From Bacillus sp. 1780r2a1 (GTDB lineage Bacteria > Bacillota > Bacilli > Bacillales > Bacillaceae_H), in assembly GCA_024134725.1 (NCBI GenBank), contig CP099863.1, positions 2,763,258 to 2,787,257 on the forward strand: 24,000 bases of DNA, read 5' to 3'. Both the position numbers and the translations under genes were made by a program. The notes under the pieces were generated by a model. It saw nothing but the letters and a program-made list of their open reading frames with translations, did no database searches and was not told the origin of the DNA. This document shows positions 8,830 to 15,374 of this stretch, in pieces. The first letter of the stretch is position 1. Each line of letters begins with the position of its first letter.

Positions 8830-9791
8830 TAAGATTCAACCTCCTTCTTCTTCGTATACATAACTTGAAGCGTTGTAATACCTGCTACGATTAAGAAGAA
8901 AATCAGTGCTTTTGCTTCTCCAATACCATAACGGTTATTAACGAAAGCCTCTGTATAAATGTTAAGCGCTAACATTTCTGTTGATTTAAACGGACCACCG
9001 TTTGTTAATGATAAGTTTACATCAAATATTTTAAATGAGGACGAAATAGTTAAGAATAAACAAATTGTGACGGCTGGTGCTACCATTGGTAGTGTAATAT
9101 GGCGAAGTGTTTGCCAACGGTTTGCCCCGTCAATTCTTGCTGCTTCAAGAAGCTCTTGCGGAACGTTTTGCAAAGCTGCTACGTAGATAATCATGATATA
9201 CCCTGCGCCTTGCCATACGCTGACAATAACAATTCCCCAAAATGCAGTATTAGCATCTCCTAACCAAGGAAGCTCAAAAAGTGACCAACCCGTTAATTGA
9301 CCGATAGACGAAAAACCTCGAATAAAAATGAATTGCCATACAAATCCCAGTAATAGTCCGCCAATTAAGTTAGGCAAGAAGAAAACTGTTCTTAAAATAT
9401 TTCTTGTCTTAAGCATCTGTGTGACCAGTAAAGCTAGGCTAAATCCGACCACATTTGTTAATAAAATAGCGACAACGGTGTACTTCGCGGTTAGAATGAA
9501 GGAAGCATGAAATTGCTTATCTTCAAAAAGTAAGTATTTAAAGTTATCTAACCCTACCCACTCAATATTTCCTGTTACACCATTCCAATTTGTAAAGGCG
9601 TAATAAACACCAGATAAAAATGGATATAAAACAATCATACTAAATGCTAAAAAGACGGGCCCTACAAACAAGGTAAATATTCCTGCTTTTTTCCACTTTT
9701 TACGATTATTTGTGCGAATTGACGACTGCGTTTGTTTTGTTTTTTGTACTGAAATTACTTCTTTTTCTTGCAATTTGCTTTGGCTCTCCAT
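8829..9791 (-). CDS. carbohydrate ABC transporter permease (MalF-like)
   Basis: EAA loop ELLEAARIDGANRWQTLRHITLPMVAP. I moved the start to ATG 9791 (38th codon of the track ORF) because AGGAGGTG lies 8 nt upstream. The stop overlaps the next ATG (TAATG). Confidence 0.88.
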   Translation of the reverse strand: MESQSKLQEKEVISVQKTKQTQSSIRTNNRKKWKKAGIFTLFVGPVFLAFSMIVLYPFLSGVYYAFTNWNGVTGNIEWVGLDNFKYLLFEDKQFHASFILTAKYTVVAILLTNVVGFSLALLVTQMLKTRNILRTVFFLPNLIGGLLLGFVWQFIFIRGFSSIGQLTGWSLFELPWLGDANTAFWGIVIVSVWQGAGYIMIIYVAALQNVPQELLEAARIDGANRWQTLRHITLPMVAPAVTICLFLTISSSFKIFDVNLSLTNGGPFKSTEMLALNIYTEAFVNNRYGIGEAKALIFFLIVAGITTLQVMYTKKKEVES

Positions 9792-9816
9792 GTAACCGCA
9801 CCTCCTATATGCTCTC

Positions 9817-9845
9817 ATTTTAGTGCAGCATGAACCTTTTTGAAA
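9817..9845 (-). promoter_or_regulatory. candidate sigma-A promoter of the ABC operon
   Basis: Minus strand has TTTCAA (rc 9840-9845), a 17-nt spacer and TAAAAT (rc 9817-9822). Confidence 0.4.
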
Positions 9846-9855
9846 CCGATTACAT
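9841..9855 (-). promoter_or_regulatory. cre (CcpA/HPr-Ser-P) site overlapping the -35 of the ABC operon promoter
   Basis: Minus strand ATGTAATCGGTTTCA satisfies every fixed position of WTGNAANCGNWNNCW. Confidence 0.55.
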
Positions 9856-9975
9856 TGACAAAAAGGGTGGAAAATATTGAACTCTTCGCCTAAAAGCAAC
9901 AAAAATCGATGATTTTACACCCCCGACTTTTTAACTAGCAGCAAAATCCCTTGCTTACTCTTCTACCTTTTGTAC

Positions 9976-10004
9976 CTTGTGAGAGAAATATGAAAAAATT
10001 ATAA
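9976..10004 (+). promoter_or_regulatory. candidate sigma-A promoter of the small zinc-finger ORF
   Basis: TTGTGA (9976-9981), a 17-nt spacer and TATAAT (9999-10004). Confidence 0.5.
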
Positions 10005-10038
10005 TGTAAAAGAATTTATAAAAAAGGATGGTATCAAA

Positions 10039-10227
10039 ATGCCTCTTCGTTATGTTTGTCCACACTGCCAAGGAAGCGGAACGAAATTTGGATTTGCGCT
10101 GCTTTCATTTATAAAGTGTAAAGTATGCGGTGGAGATGGCCATGTCATCATGTCAAACATGATGTCTTCTAGTCATGATAAACAAAGTCCAAAAGAACAT
10201 GCCGACAGTCAAGACCAAGCAAAATAA
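10039..10227 (+). CDS. small protein (62 aa) with two DnaJ-type CxxCxGxG zinc-finger repeats
   Basis: CPHCQGSG and CKVCGGDG are separated by 12 residues, followed by an acidic/Ser-rich tail. It has its own promoter, a weak SD (AAGGATGG) and a strong terminator. Confidence 0.6.
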   Translation: MPLRYVCPHCQGSGTKFGFALLSFIKCKVCGGDGHVIMSNMMSSSHDKQSPKEHADSQDQAK

Positions 10228-10248
10228 AAAACGAAACTATTCAATATA

Positions 10249-10286
10249 AAACAGCCGCCTATTCTTGAAAGAATAGGCGGCTGTTT
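10249..10286. terminator. bidirectional terminator shared by the zinc-finger ORF and beta-amylase
   Basis: AAACAGCCGCCTATTCTT / AAGAATAGGCGGCTGTTT form an 18-bp perfect inverted repeat, T-rich on both sides. Confidence 0.85.
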
Positions 10287-10294
10287 CAATTCCA

Positions 10295-11923
10295 TTACCA
10301 TGTTGCTAAATAAGACCCTTTTCCCTTTGCTGGTGTATGATAGTTTTGGTTCTCACCATCTTGCCAAATAATTTCCCCACCTTGATCTTTAATATAAAAC
10401 TTAAATTCGTACTGACGATCCGCGGCTAAATCAAAATTTCCCTCAAAGATTCCGTCTGACTTTTGCTTTAAGATGTAGTGATAGCTGCTTGTATTCCAAC
10501 GTCCTAACTCTCCTCGATTACCCGTTACATGAAGGGTTTGTCCTTTTTCTAGCTGTACACCACTTACCTTCAGCGTAACCGGTAAGGGTTCTAGCGCGAG
10601 CTTATCTTTTAACATCCTAAGTTCGTTGGTTGGATTGCCGGCTTCGTCAAATAGATACGTCATACGAAGAAGCGTAAACCCATCAAAGTCATAGTTAAAT
10701 ACCATTTCAGACGCGTTATCAAATCCCCACTCATTATTAATAATCGGAAGTGCATTTTCTCCATTCAACGAAAGGTTACGCTCGTTTGCTAATGTAGCAA
10801 TTTGAGTTACTAACGTTTTTGGAGCACTATAATAAGGAGCTGTTTGTGCATCCTGGTCGCCCATTTCTAAACAGGTAAACGTTAATGCCATATTTGATTT
10901 TTTAAATTGATCTAGAAGCTTAGCATAATCATAATAACCTGTGCTGTACTCAGCAGCATGTGGCATTTCAGGATCATTCATCTTCCAATGCACACCGGAA
11001 ATTTTTGCGCCTACTTCTACGTCAAACGTACGATCAAAATATTTATGAGCTTGCTTTGAAATGGTCTGTAGGTGATCTTCAAGAGCCCCTTGATACCATT
11101 TCATGAAATCTTTTCCATATGAAGTGTTGTAAGCTTCTCCTTTTCTAAAGAAAGCATCTCCATCAGCTGGAGGTTCAATTTTATCCCACGTCTTAAATGA
11201 TGTTCCCCACGCCTTGTTAAGATTTTTAATGTTTTTATATTGATGCTTCATTTCATCTCTAAAATCTTCTTTTGCACCTTCTGTATATGCTTGTAACTGA
11301 CCACGCTCTGGATAACCCCATCCGTCTGCAAACTGATAAGATGGGTAGCGGAGTTCGCCTGCTGGTCCACCGCTTAAATAAATTTTACTAATAACATCAT
11401 CATAGTCAGCAAAGTTTTTAGCAAATGAACGGTATAATTCGCCATACTGCTTCTCAATTCCACCCCACCAAGGTGCTAATGCTTCTTTGTTAACAAAGCC
11501 ACTTTCACTTTTGAATGCCATGTTTTCAATGTCATCTTTTTTCCATAACCAATTAGGTATCGGATAGTTACAATCATCTCCTACGTTACCACCACATTGA
11601 TGTGTAGATAAAATAGGAACCCATTTCAGCCCTGAATCTTCCACAGCGCTTGCATACTTTTTATAATAAGACCAATCAAATTGATTATCTCCTTTTGCTT
11701 CAACAATTCCCCACCAAACATCTGTTGTTAATCCGTATACACCATTTTTCTTCATCTGAACAAGCTGACGTTCGAACTGATCCCAATCTGTGATTTCTCC
11801 TAAAGGAGCCATAACATACAGCTTGTAATCCGATTTGACTTCTGCTTGAGCACTCGTATAGCTTGTAAATATAATTGCTATACTCATGATGAATACTAAC
11901 AGTACTTTCACACTTTTCCCCAT
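10295..11923 (-). CDS. secreted beta-amylase (GH14) with C-terminal CBM20 starch-binding domain
   Basis: Signal peptide ending SAQA-EV. STHQCGGNVGDDC, YLSGGPAGELRYPSY, GAKISGVHW, FTCLEM and LNGENAL match the B. cereus/megaterium beta-amylase blocks I recall. The C-terminal ~100 aa (VTGNRGELGRWNT..YEFKF) is CBM20-like. Confidence 0.93.
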   Translation of the reverse strand: MGKSVKVLLVFIMSIAIIFTSYTSAQAEVKSDYKLYVMAPLGEITDWDQFERQLVQMKKNGVYGLTTDVWWGIVEAKGDNQFDWSYYKKYASAVEDSGLKWVPILSTHQCGGNVGDDCNYPIPNWLWKKDDIENMAFKSESGFVNKEALAPWWGGIEKQYGELYRSFAKNFADYDDVISKIYLSGGPAGELRYPSYQFADGWGYPERGQLQAYTEGAKEDFRDEMKHQYKNIKNLNKAWGTSFKTWDKIEPPADGDAFFRKGEAYNTSYGKDFMKWYQGALEDHLQTISKQAHKYFDRTFDVEVGAKISGVHWKMNDPEMPHAAEYSTGYYDYAKLLDQFKKSNMALTFTCLEMGDQDAQTAPYYSAPKTLVTQIATLANERNLSLNGENALPIINNEWGFDNASEMVFNYDFDGFTLLRMTYLFDEAGNPTNELRMLKDKLALEPLPVTLKVSGVQLEKGQTLHVTGNRGELGRWNTSSYHYILKQKSDGIFEGNFDLAADRQYEFKFYIKDQGGEIIWQDGENQNYHTPAKGKGSYLATW

Positions 11924-11968
11924 CTCTTTTCCCCCTTATTATTGTTAAAAGTATTCATCGTTTTTTTG

Positions 11969-11983
11969 TGCAACCGTTTGCAA
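11969..11983 (-). promoter_or_regulatory. cre site in the beta-amylase leader
   Basis: Minus strand TTGCAAACGGTTGCA satisfies every fixed position of WTGNAANCGNWNNCW. It lies about +25 to +39 relative to the predicted TSS. Confidence 0.6.
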
Positions 11984-12014
11984 TTTTACAAAACATGAAT
12001 TTCTTTTCTAGAAA

Positions 12015-12043
12015 ATTATAGAAACTCCGTTCGTATTCGTCAA
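12015..12043 (-). promoter_or_regulatory. sigma-A promoter of beta-amylase
   Basis: Minus strand has TTGACG (rc 12038-12043), a 17-nt spacer and TATAAT (rc 12015-12020). Confidence 0.6.
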
Positions 12044-12168
12044 TTCACTTTTTTATTTTTTTGAAAAATGAGTCATTTGATCTACCCTTTACCCAGCACC
12101 TTTCTTTTTTTCAAGGTGTGTTCATGCTATTCTTAAAGTAGAAAAGTATTTTGAAAGGGTGACGCGCT

Positions 12169-12909
12169 ATGGATAAACCATCGATTAAGTTAATTGCTCT
12201 TGATATGGATGGTACACTATTAAATACAAAAGGCGAAATTTCACATGGAAACCGAAAAGCTATAGCAGAAGCAGAAGAAAAAGGAATACATGTTGTTTTA
12301 AGTACAGGACGTTCACGCCCAACTAGTATTAAATTTGCCGAGTCATTAAAGCTGTCATCTTATATTATTAATGTAAACGGGAGTGAAATCTGGGACGGTG
12401 AAGGCAATTTAATTGAGCGGACGATTTTAGAACCAGATTACATACAAGAGATGTGGGATTTAAAGCAAAAGCATGACTTAACCTTTTGGGCTGTTACAAG
12501 CGAAAAGGTATGGAAAGACGATTTTCCAACCGATATTACAAGTCATGAATGGCTAAAGTTCGGGTATGACATCCATGATGATGATACAAGAAAGCTAATT
12601 TTGAACACGCTAACTAAAAACAAAAATCTTGAGATTACGAATTCTAGCCCAACAAATCTTGAAATCAACGCTCTTGGAATCAATAAAGCAAAAGCACTAA
12701 AAACTGTTTGTGAACGTTTAAATCTATCAATAAACGAAGTAATGGCCATGGGGGATAGCCTAAACGATATCGCCATGATTACAGAAGCTGGAGTAGGCAT
12801 AGCCATGGGTAATGCGCAAGATGTGGTAAAGAAAGCGGCTGACTGGATAACTGAAACTAATGATCAAGATGGTGTTGCTAAAGCTATTTACCATTGGGCT
12901 ATAAAGTAA
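12169..12909 (+). CDS. Cof-type HAD-IIB phosphatase
   Basis: LIALDMDGTLL (motif I), LSTGR (motif II) and GDSLNDIAM (motif IV). Size and cap region are typical of Cof/YidA-like sugar-phosphatases. Confidence 0.88.
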   Translation: MDKPSIKLIALDMDGTLLNTKGEISHGNRKAIAEAEEKGIHVVLSTGRSRPTSIKFAESLKLSSYIINVNGSEIWDGEGNLIERTILEPDYIQEMWDLKQKHDLTFWAVTSEKVWKDDFPTDITSHEWLKFGYDIHDDDTRKLILNTLTKNKNLEITNSSPTNLEINALGINKAKALKTVCERLNLSINEVMAMGDSLNDIAMITEAGVGIAMGNAQDVVKKAADWITETNDQDGVAKAIYHWAIK

Positions 12910-12968
12910 GAGTTATATTTGCAATTCCTCAAAAGAGGCTGAGACATAAGTAGTTTAGTCCCTGCTAT

Positions 12969-13016
12969 ACCTGAATGGTTAAGAGTTCTTTGCTTTTAAT
13001 CGTTCAGGTTTTTTTG
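12969..13016 (+). terminator. rho-independent terminator of the HAD gene
   Basis: ACCTGAATGGTTAAGAG / CTTTTAATCGTTCAGGT pair fully in plus-strand RNA (three G-U pairs) and are followed by TTTTTTTG. Confidence 0.75.
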
Positions 13017-13057
13017 ATTGTGAAAACAATGCTGGAAACAGAGTGGAATGGAGCGTA
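12969..13057 (+). repeat. terminator-linked repeat, copy B
   Basis: See copy A (3372-3460). They share the hairpin core plus ATTGTGAAAACAATGCTGGAAACAGAGTGGAATGGAGCG. Confidence 0.6.
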
Positions 13058-13164
13058 GGATACTCGACTCCTGGGGGAAAGAAAGGGAGAACTGAGATCC
13101 CGCACCGCAGAAAGCGAATAGGCGCAGTGCAATGAATCGAACGCGTTCTAACAATGTGAAGCGG
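13041..13164. repeat. GC-rich non-coding island resembling a decayed copy of a dispersed Bacillaceae intergenic repeat
   Basis: GGAGCGTAGGATACTCGACTCCTGGGGGAAAG..GAGATCCCGCACCGCAGAAAGCGAA..GCAATGAATCGAAC is bracketed by AACAATG (13024-13030 and 13150-13156). It has no ORF longer than 15 codons. The resemblance to CGACTCCTGCGGGAAA..GAGACCCCGCAG..GGAAAGCGA..GGAAATCAAC elements is from memory only. Confidence 0.4.
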
Positions 13165-13238
13165 TAAAAAAAGGAATTGCTGGTCTTTTTTTAATTTGTT
13201 TTATTATGCCCTACTTTCTTTTACTTTTTTTACATTAT

Positions 13239-13267
13239 TCATAAGTAACGTTGAATGAGGCATACTA
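13239..13267 (+). promoter_or_regulatory. candidate forespore (sigma-G type) promoter of the germinant-receptor gene
   Basis: TCATA (13239-13243), a 17-nt spacer and CATACTA (13261-13267), compared with the remembered consensus GHATR-N17/18-CATXHTA. The -10 matches fully and the -35 matches 4/5. Confidence 0.35.
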
Positions 13268-13321
13268 ACGAGCATATAAGGTTCAAAGAACAATATGCCT
13301 TATATAGGAGGTACTTCCAGC

Positions 13322-14419
13322 ATGCTCAAACATGTTAAAATCTCTGAAAAGCAATTCATCGTGCTACTTAGCCTTTACATAATCGGGAGTGCTATTTTAG
13401 TTATCCCATCTATTATTGTTTCAATTGCAAAACAAGATGCTTGGATTACGAGTATTTTAACCCTTGTTATCGCTTTGGGGATATTGCCTTTATACATAGC
13501 GCTAGGAAAGCGATATCCAACAATGCTATTTACGGAATTCACCGAAGAAATTCTCGGCAAATGGATTGGCAAAGTATTTTCTATTATCTTTTTAACCTTC
13601 CCCGTAATAGCAGGTTCTTTGACGCTTTATAATATTGGTGACTTTATCATTACGCAAGTTATGCCTGAAACCCCCATTGTTCCCATTTACGTATTTGTGT
13701 TAAGCGTATCGTTGTTTGGCGTTCGCTTAGGACTTGAGGTTTTAGCACGTTCCGGTGAAATCCTATTCCCATGGGTCATTGCTCTCTTTAGCTTACTCGT
13801 ACTATTTCTTACTAAACAAATTAACTTTGATCACTTTCAGCCATTCTTTACTATGGGTTTGCGGCCTATTTTCATTTCTACAGTTCACTTTTTGACATTT
13901 CCATTTTTGGATACCGTTGTTTTTTTAATGATTTTTCCTTATGTTAAATGGACGAGTAAAAAGCGCACACCTGTTTATATCGGTACACTGATTGGCGGTG
14001 TTTTCTTAATTATCATTATTTTTCTTTGTGTTTTAGTTTTAGGAGTAGATCAGACCTCTACTCGCCTTTCTCCTACCTACCTATTGGCTAAAGAAATTAA
14101 TGTGACAAATTTCATAACCCGCATTGAAGTAATTGTAGCTATCATCTGGTTTATTTCAATTTTTTTCAAGCTTAGCATTTTGCTGTTTGTATTAAATTTA
14201 GGAGTAGCTCAGCTTTTTAACCTAACTACTTACCGTTTCTTAACTTTGCCTTTAGGATTATTATTTTTAGCTTCCTCCAATATTTTCGTACCTAATGGTC
14301 CTTTTTTGGGAAGTTACACACTTACTACTTCTCCCTTTTATACAGGCACAATTGGCTTTGCTTTACCTTTTCTCCTTTTTGTCATCGATGGAATAAAGAA
14401 AAAGCTAGTTGATTCTTAG
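13322..14419 (+). CDS. spore germination protein, GerAB/GerKB family (germinant receptor B subunit, APC-superfamily permease)
   Basis: A 10-TM protein beginning MLKHVKISEKQFIVLLSLYIIGSAILVIPS..AKQDAWI, a typical Spore_permease N-terminus. I moved the start to ATG 13322 because AGGAGG lies 9 nt upstream. Confidence 0.88.
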   Translation: MLKHVKISEKQFIVLLSLYIIGSAILVIPSIIVSIAKQDAWITSILTLVIALGILPLYIALGKRYPTMLFTEFTEEILGKWIGKVFSIIFLTFPVIAGSLTLYNIGDFIITQVMPETPIVPIYVFVLSVSLFGVRLGLEVLARSGEILFPWVIALFSLLVLFLTKQINFDHFQPFFTMGLRPIFISTVHFLTFPFLDTVVFLMIFPYVKWTSKKRTPVYIGTLIGGVFLIIIIFLCVLVLGVDQTSTRLSPTYLLAKEINVTNFITRIEVIVAIIWFISIFFKLSILLFVLNLGVAQLFNLTTYRFLTLPLGLLFLASSNIFVPNGPFLGSYTLTTSPFYTGTIGFALPFLLFVIDGIKKKLVDS

Positions 14420-14501
14420 CTATTTTACTTAACGAACGTTTAATTTTACGCTACACTACCCTATGAAAGCGTTAAATTAAAAAGGATAGGGAGACTAAAA
14501 A

Positions 14502-15062
14502 ATGACAACAGAAAAAGAAAAAATGATTGCAGGCGAAATGTACATATCTGGAGATTCTGAATTGATTAAAGATCGCACTCATGCAAGAAAGATAACAAGA
14601 TTATTTAATCAAGCAGTTGAGACAGATGATACTTACCGTATGAGTTTAATAAAAGAGTTGTTTGGTTCCACTGGAGAAAATATCTATATTGAACCAATCT
14701 TCCGCTGTGACTATGGATACAACATTCATGTAGGCGAAAACTTTTATGCAAACTTTGATTGCTTAATTTTAGATATCTGTCCTGTAACTATCGGTGATAA
14801 CTGTATGCTCGCACCAGGCGTTCATATTTATACAGCTACTCACCCGCTTGATCCTGTTGAACGTAACAGCGGTAGAGAATACGGAAAGCCAGTTGTCATT
14901 GGAGATAACGTTTGGATTGGGGGCCGCGCTATCATCAATCCAGGCGTTACTATTGGTGATAATGCAGTCATTGCATCAGGAGCCGTGGTAACGAAAGACG
15001 TTCCTCCAAACACAGTCGTTGGTGGAAACCCTGCACGAGTTATTAAAGAAATCACTAGATAA
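14502..15062 (+). CDS. maa: maltose/galactoside O-acetyltransferase (hexapeptide-repeat LbH)
   Basis: 186 aa. N-terminal [14 protein letters not shown] (Mac domain) is followed by hexapeptide repeats [50 protein letters not shown]. Confidence 0.88.
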   Translation: MTTEKEKMIAGEMYISGDSELIKDRTHARKITRLFNQAVETDDTYRMSLIKELFGSTGENIYIEPIFRCDYGYNIHVGENFYANFDCLILDICPVTIGDNCMLAPGVHIYTATHPLDPVERNSGREYGKPVVIGDNVWIGGRAIINPGVTIGDNAVIASGAVVTKDVPPNTVVGGNPARVIKEITR

Positions 15063-15103
15063 TAGGACGAATACACACTAGGACATAAGTCTTTCAGCCG
15101 ATT

Positions 15104-15156
15104 AACTATCCGAATTTTTGTGAATTACCTTACAATGATTCGGATAGTTTTTATTT
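15104..15156 (+). terminator. terminator downstream of maa
   Basis: AACTATCCGAAT / ATTCGGATAGTT form a 12-bp stem with a long 22-nt loop, followed by TTTTATTTG. Confidence 0.55.
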
Positions 15157-15374
15157 GCTCAGAAAATAAGTTTAAACACTTATGGAATGAATCTTAGTGG
15201 AAAACGAGCATGTTCTTATAACCCAAATTGGTTAGAAACATCTTCATTCATCTTTAAGAAGAAATCATTTCTTTATGTCTCAGCCTCTTTTTTGAAATCA
15301 GGTAGTTTGTCCAATCCCTTTTTTGTAGCAACGCATATGATATAAGGTGTTACAAAATTAGGAGGATTGGTATT

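Noticed and set aside
9792-9902. N-terminal extensions of track ORFs (permease 9792-9902, copA 5904-5918, csoR 6534-6617, fosB 1953-1988, gerB-type 13295-13321, tetR 20119-20199)
   Set aside because: In each case an internal ATG has a proper SD (or, for tetR, the canonical family N-terminus). The extension has no SD and an implausible sequence, and in copA it contains the SD itself.
9876-9911. SD-like AAAGGGTGG plus TTG opening an 11-codon plus-strand ORF (NSSPKSNKNR) upstream of the zinc-finger gene
   Set aside because: It is tiny and lies upstream of the only plausible plus-strand promoter (9976-10004). It is probably a chance match in the ABC promoter region.
13048-13095. 15-codon ORF MERRILDSWGKEREN inside the GC-rich island
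   Set aside because: It has no SD, is very short, and lies in a sequence that looks like a decayed non-coding repeat.
15118-15135. Rex-box-like TTGTGAA-TTAC-CTTACAA (consensus TTGTGAA-N4-TTCACAA)
   Set aside because: The second half-site matches only 5/7. The site sits in the loop of the maa terminator about 240 nt from the next start codon, with no respiratory or fermentative gene nearby. The shared TTGTGAA..ACAATG repeat motif explains it better.
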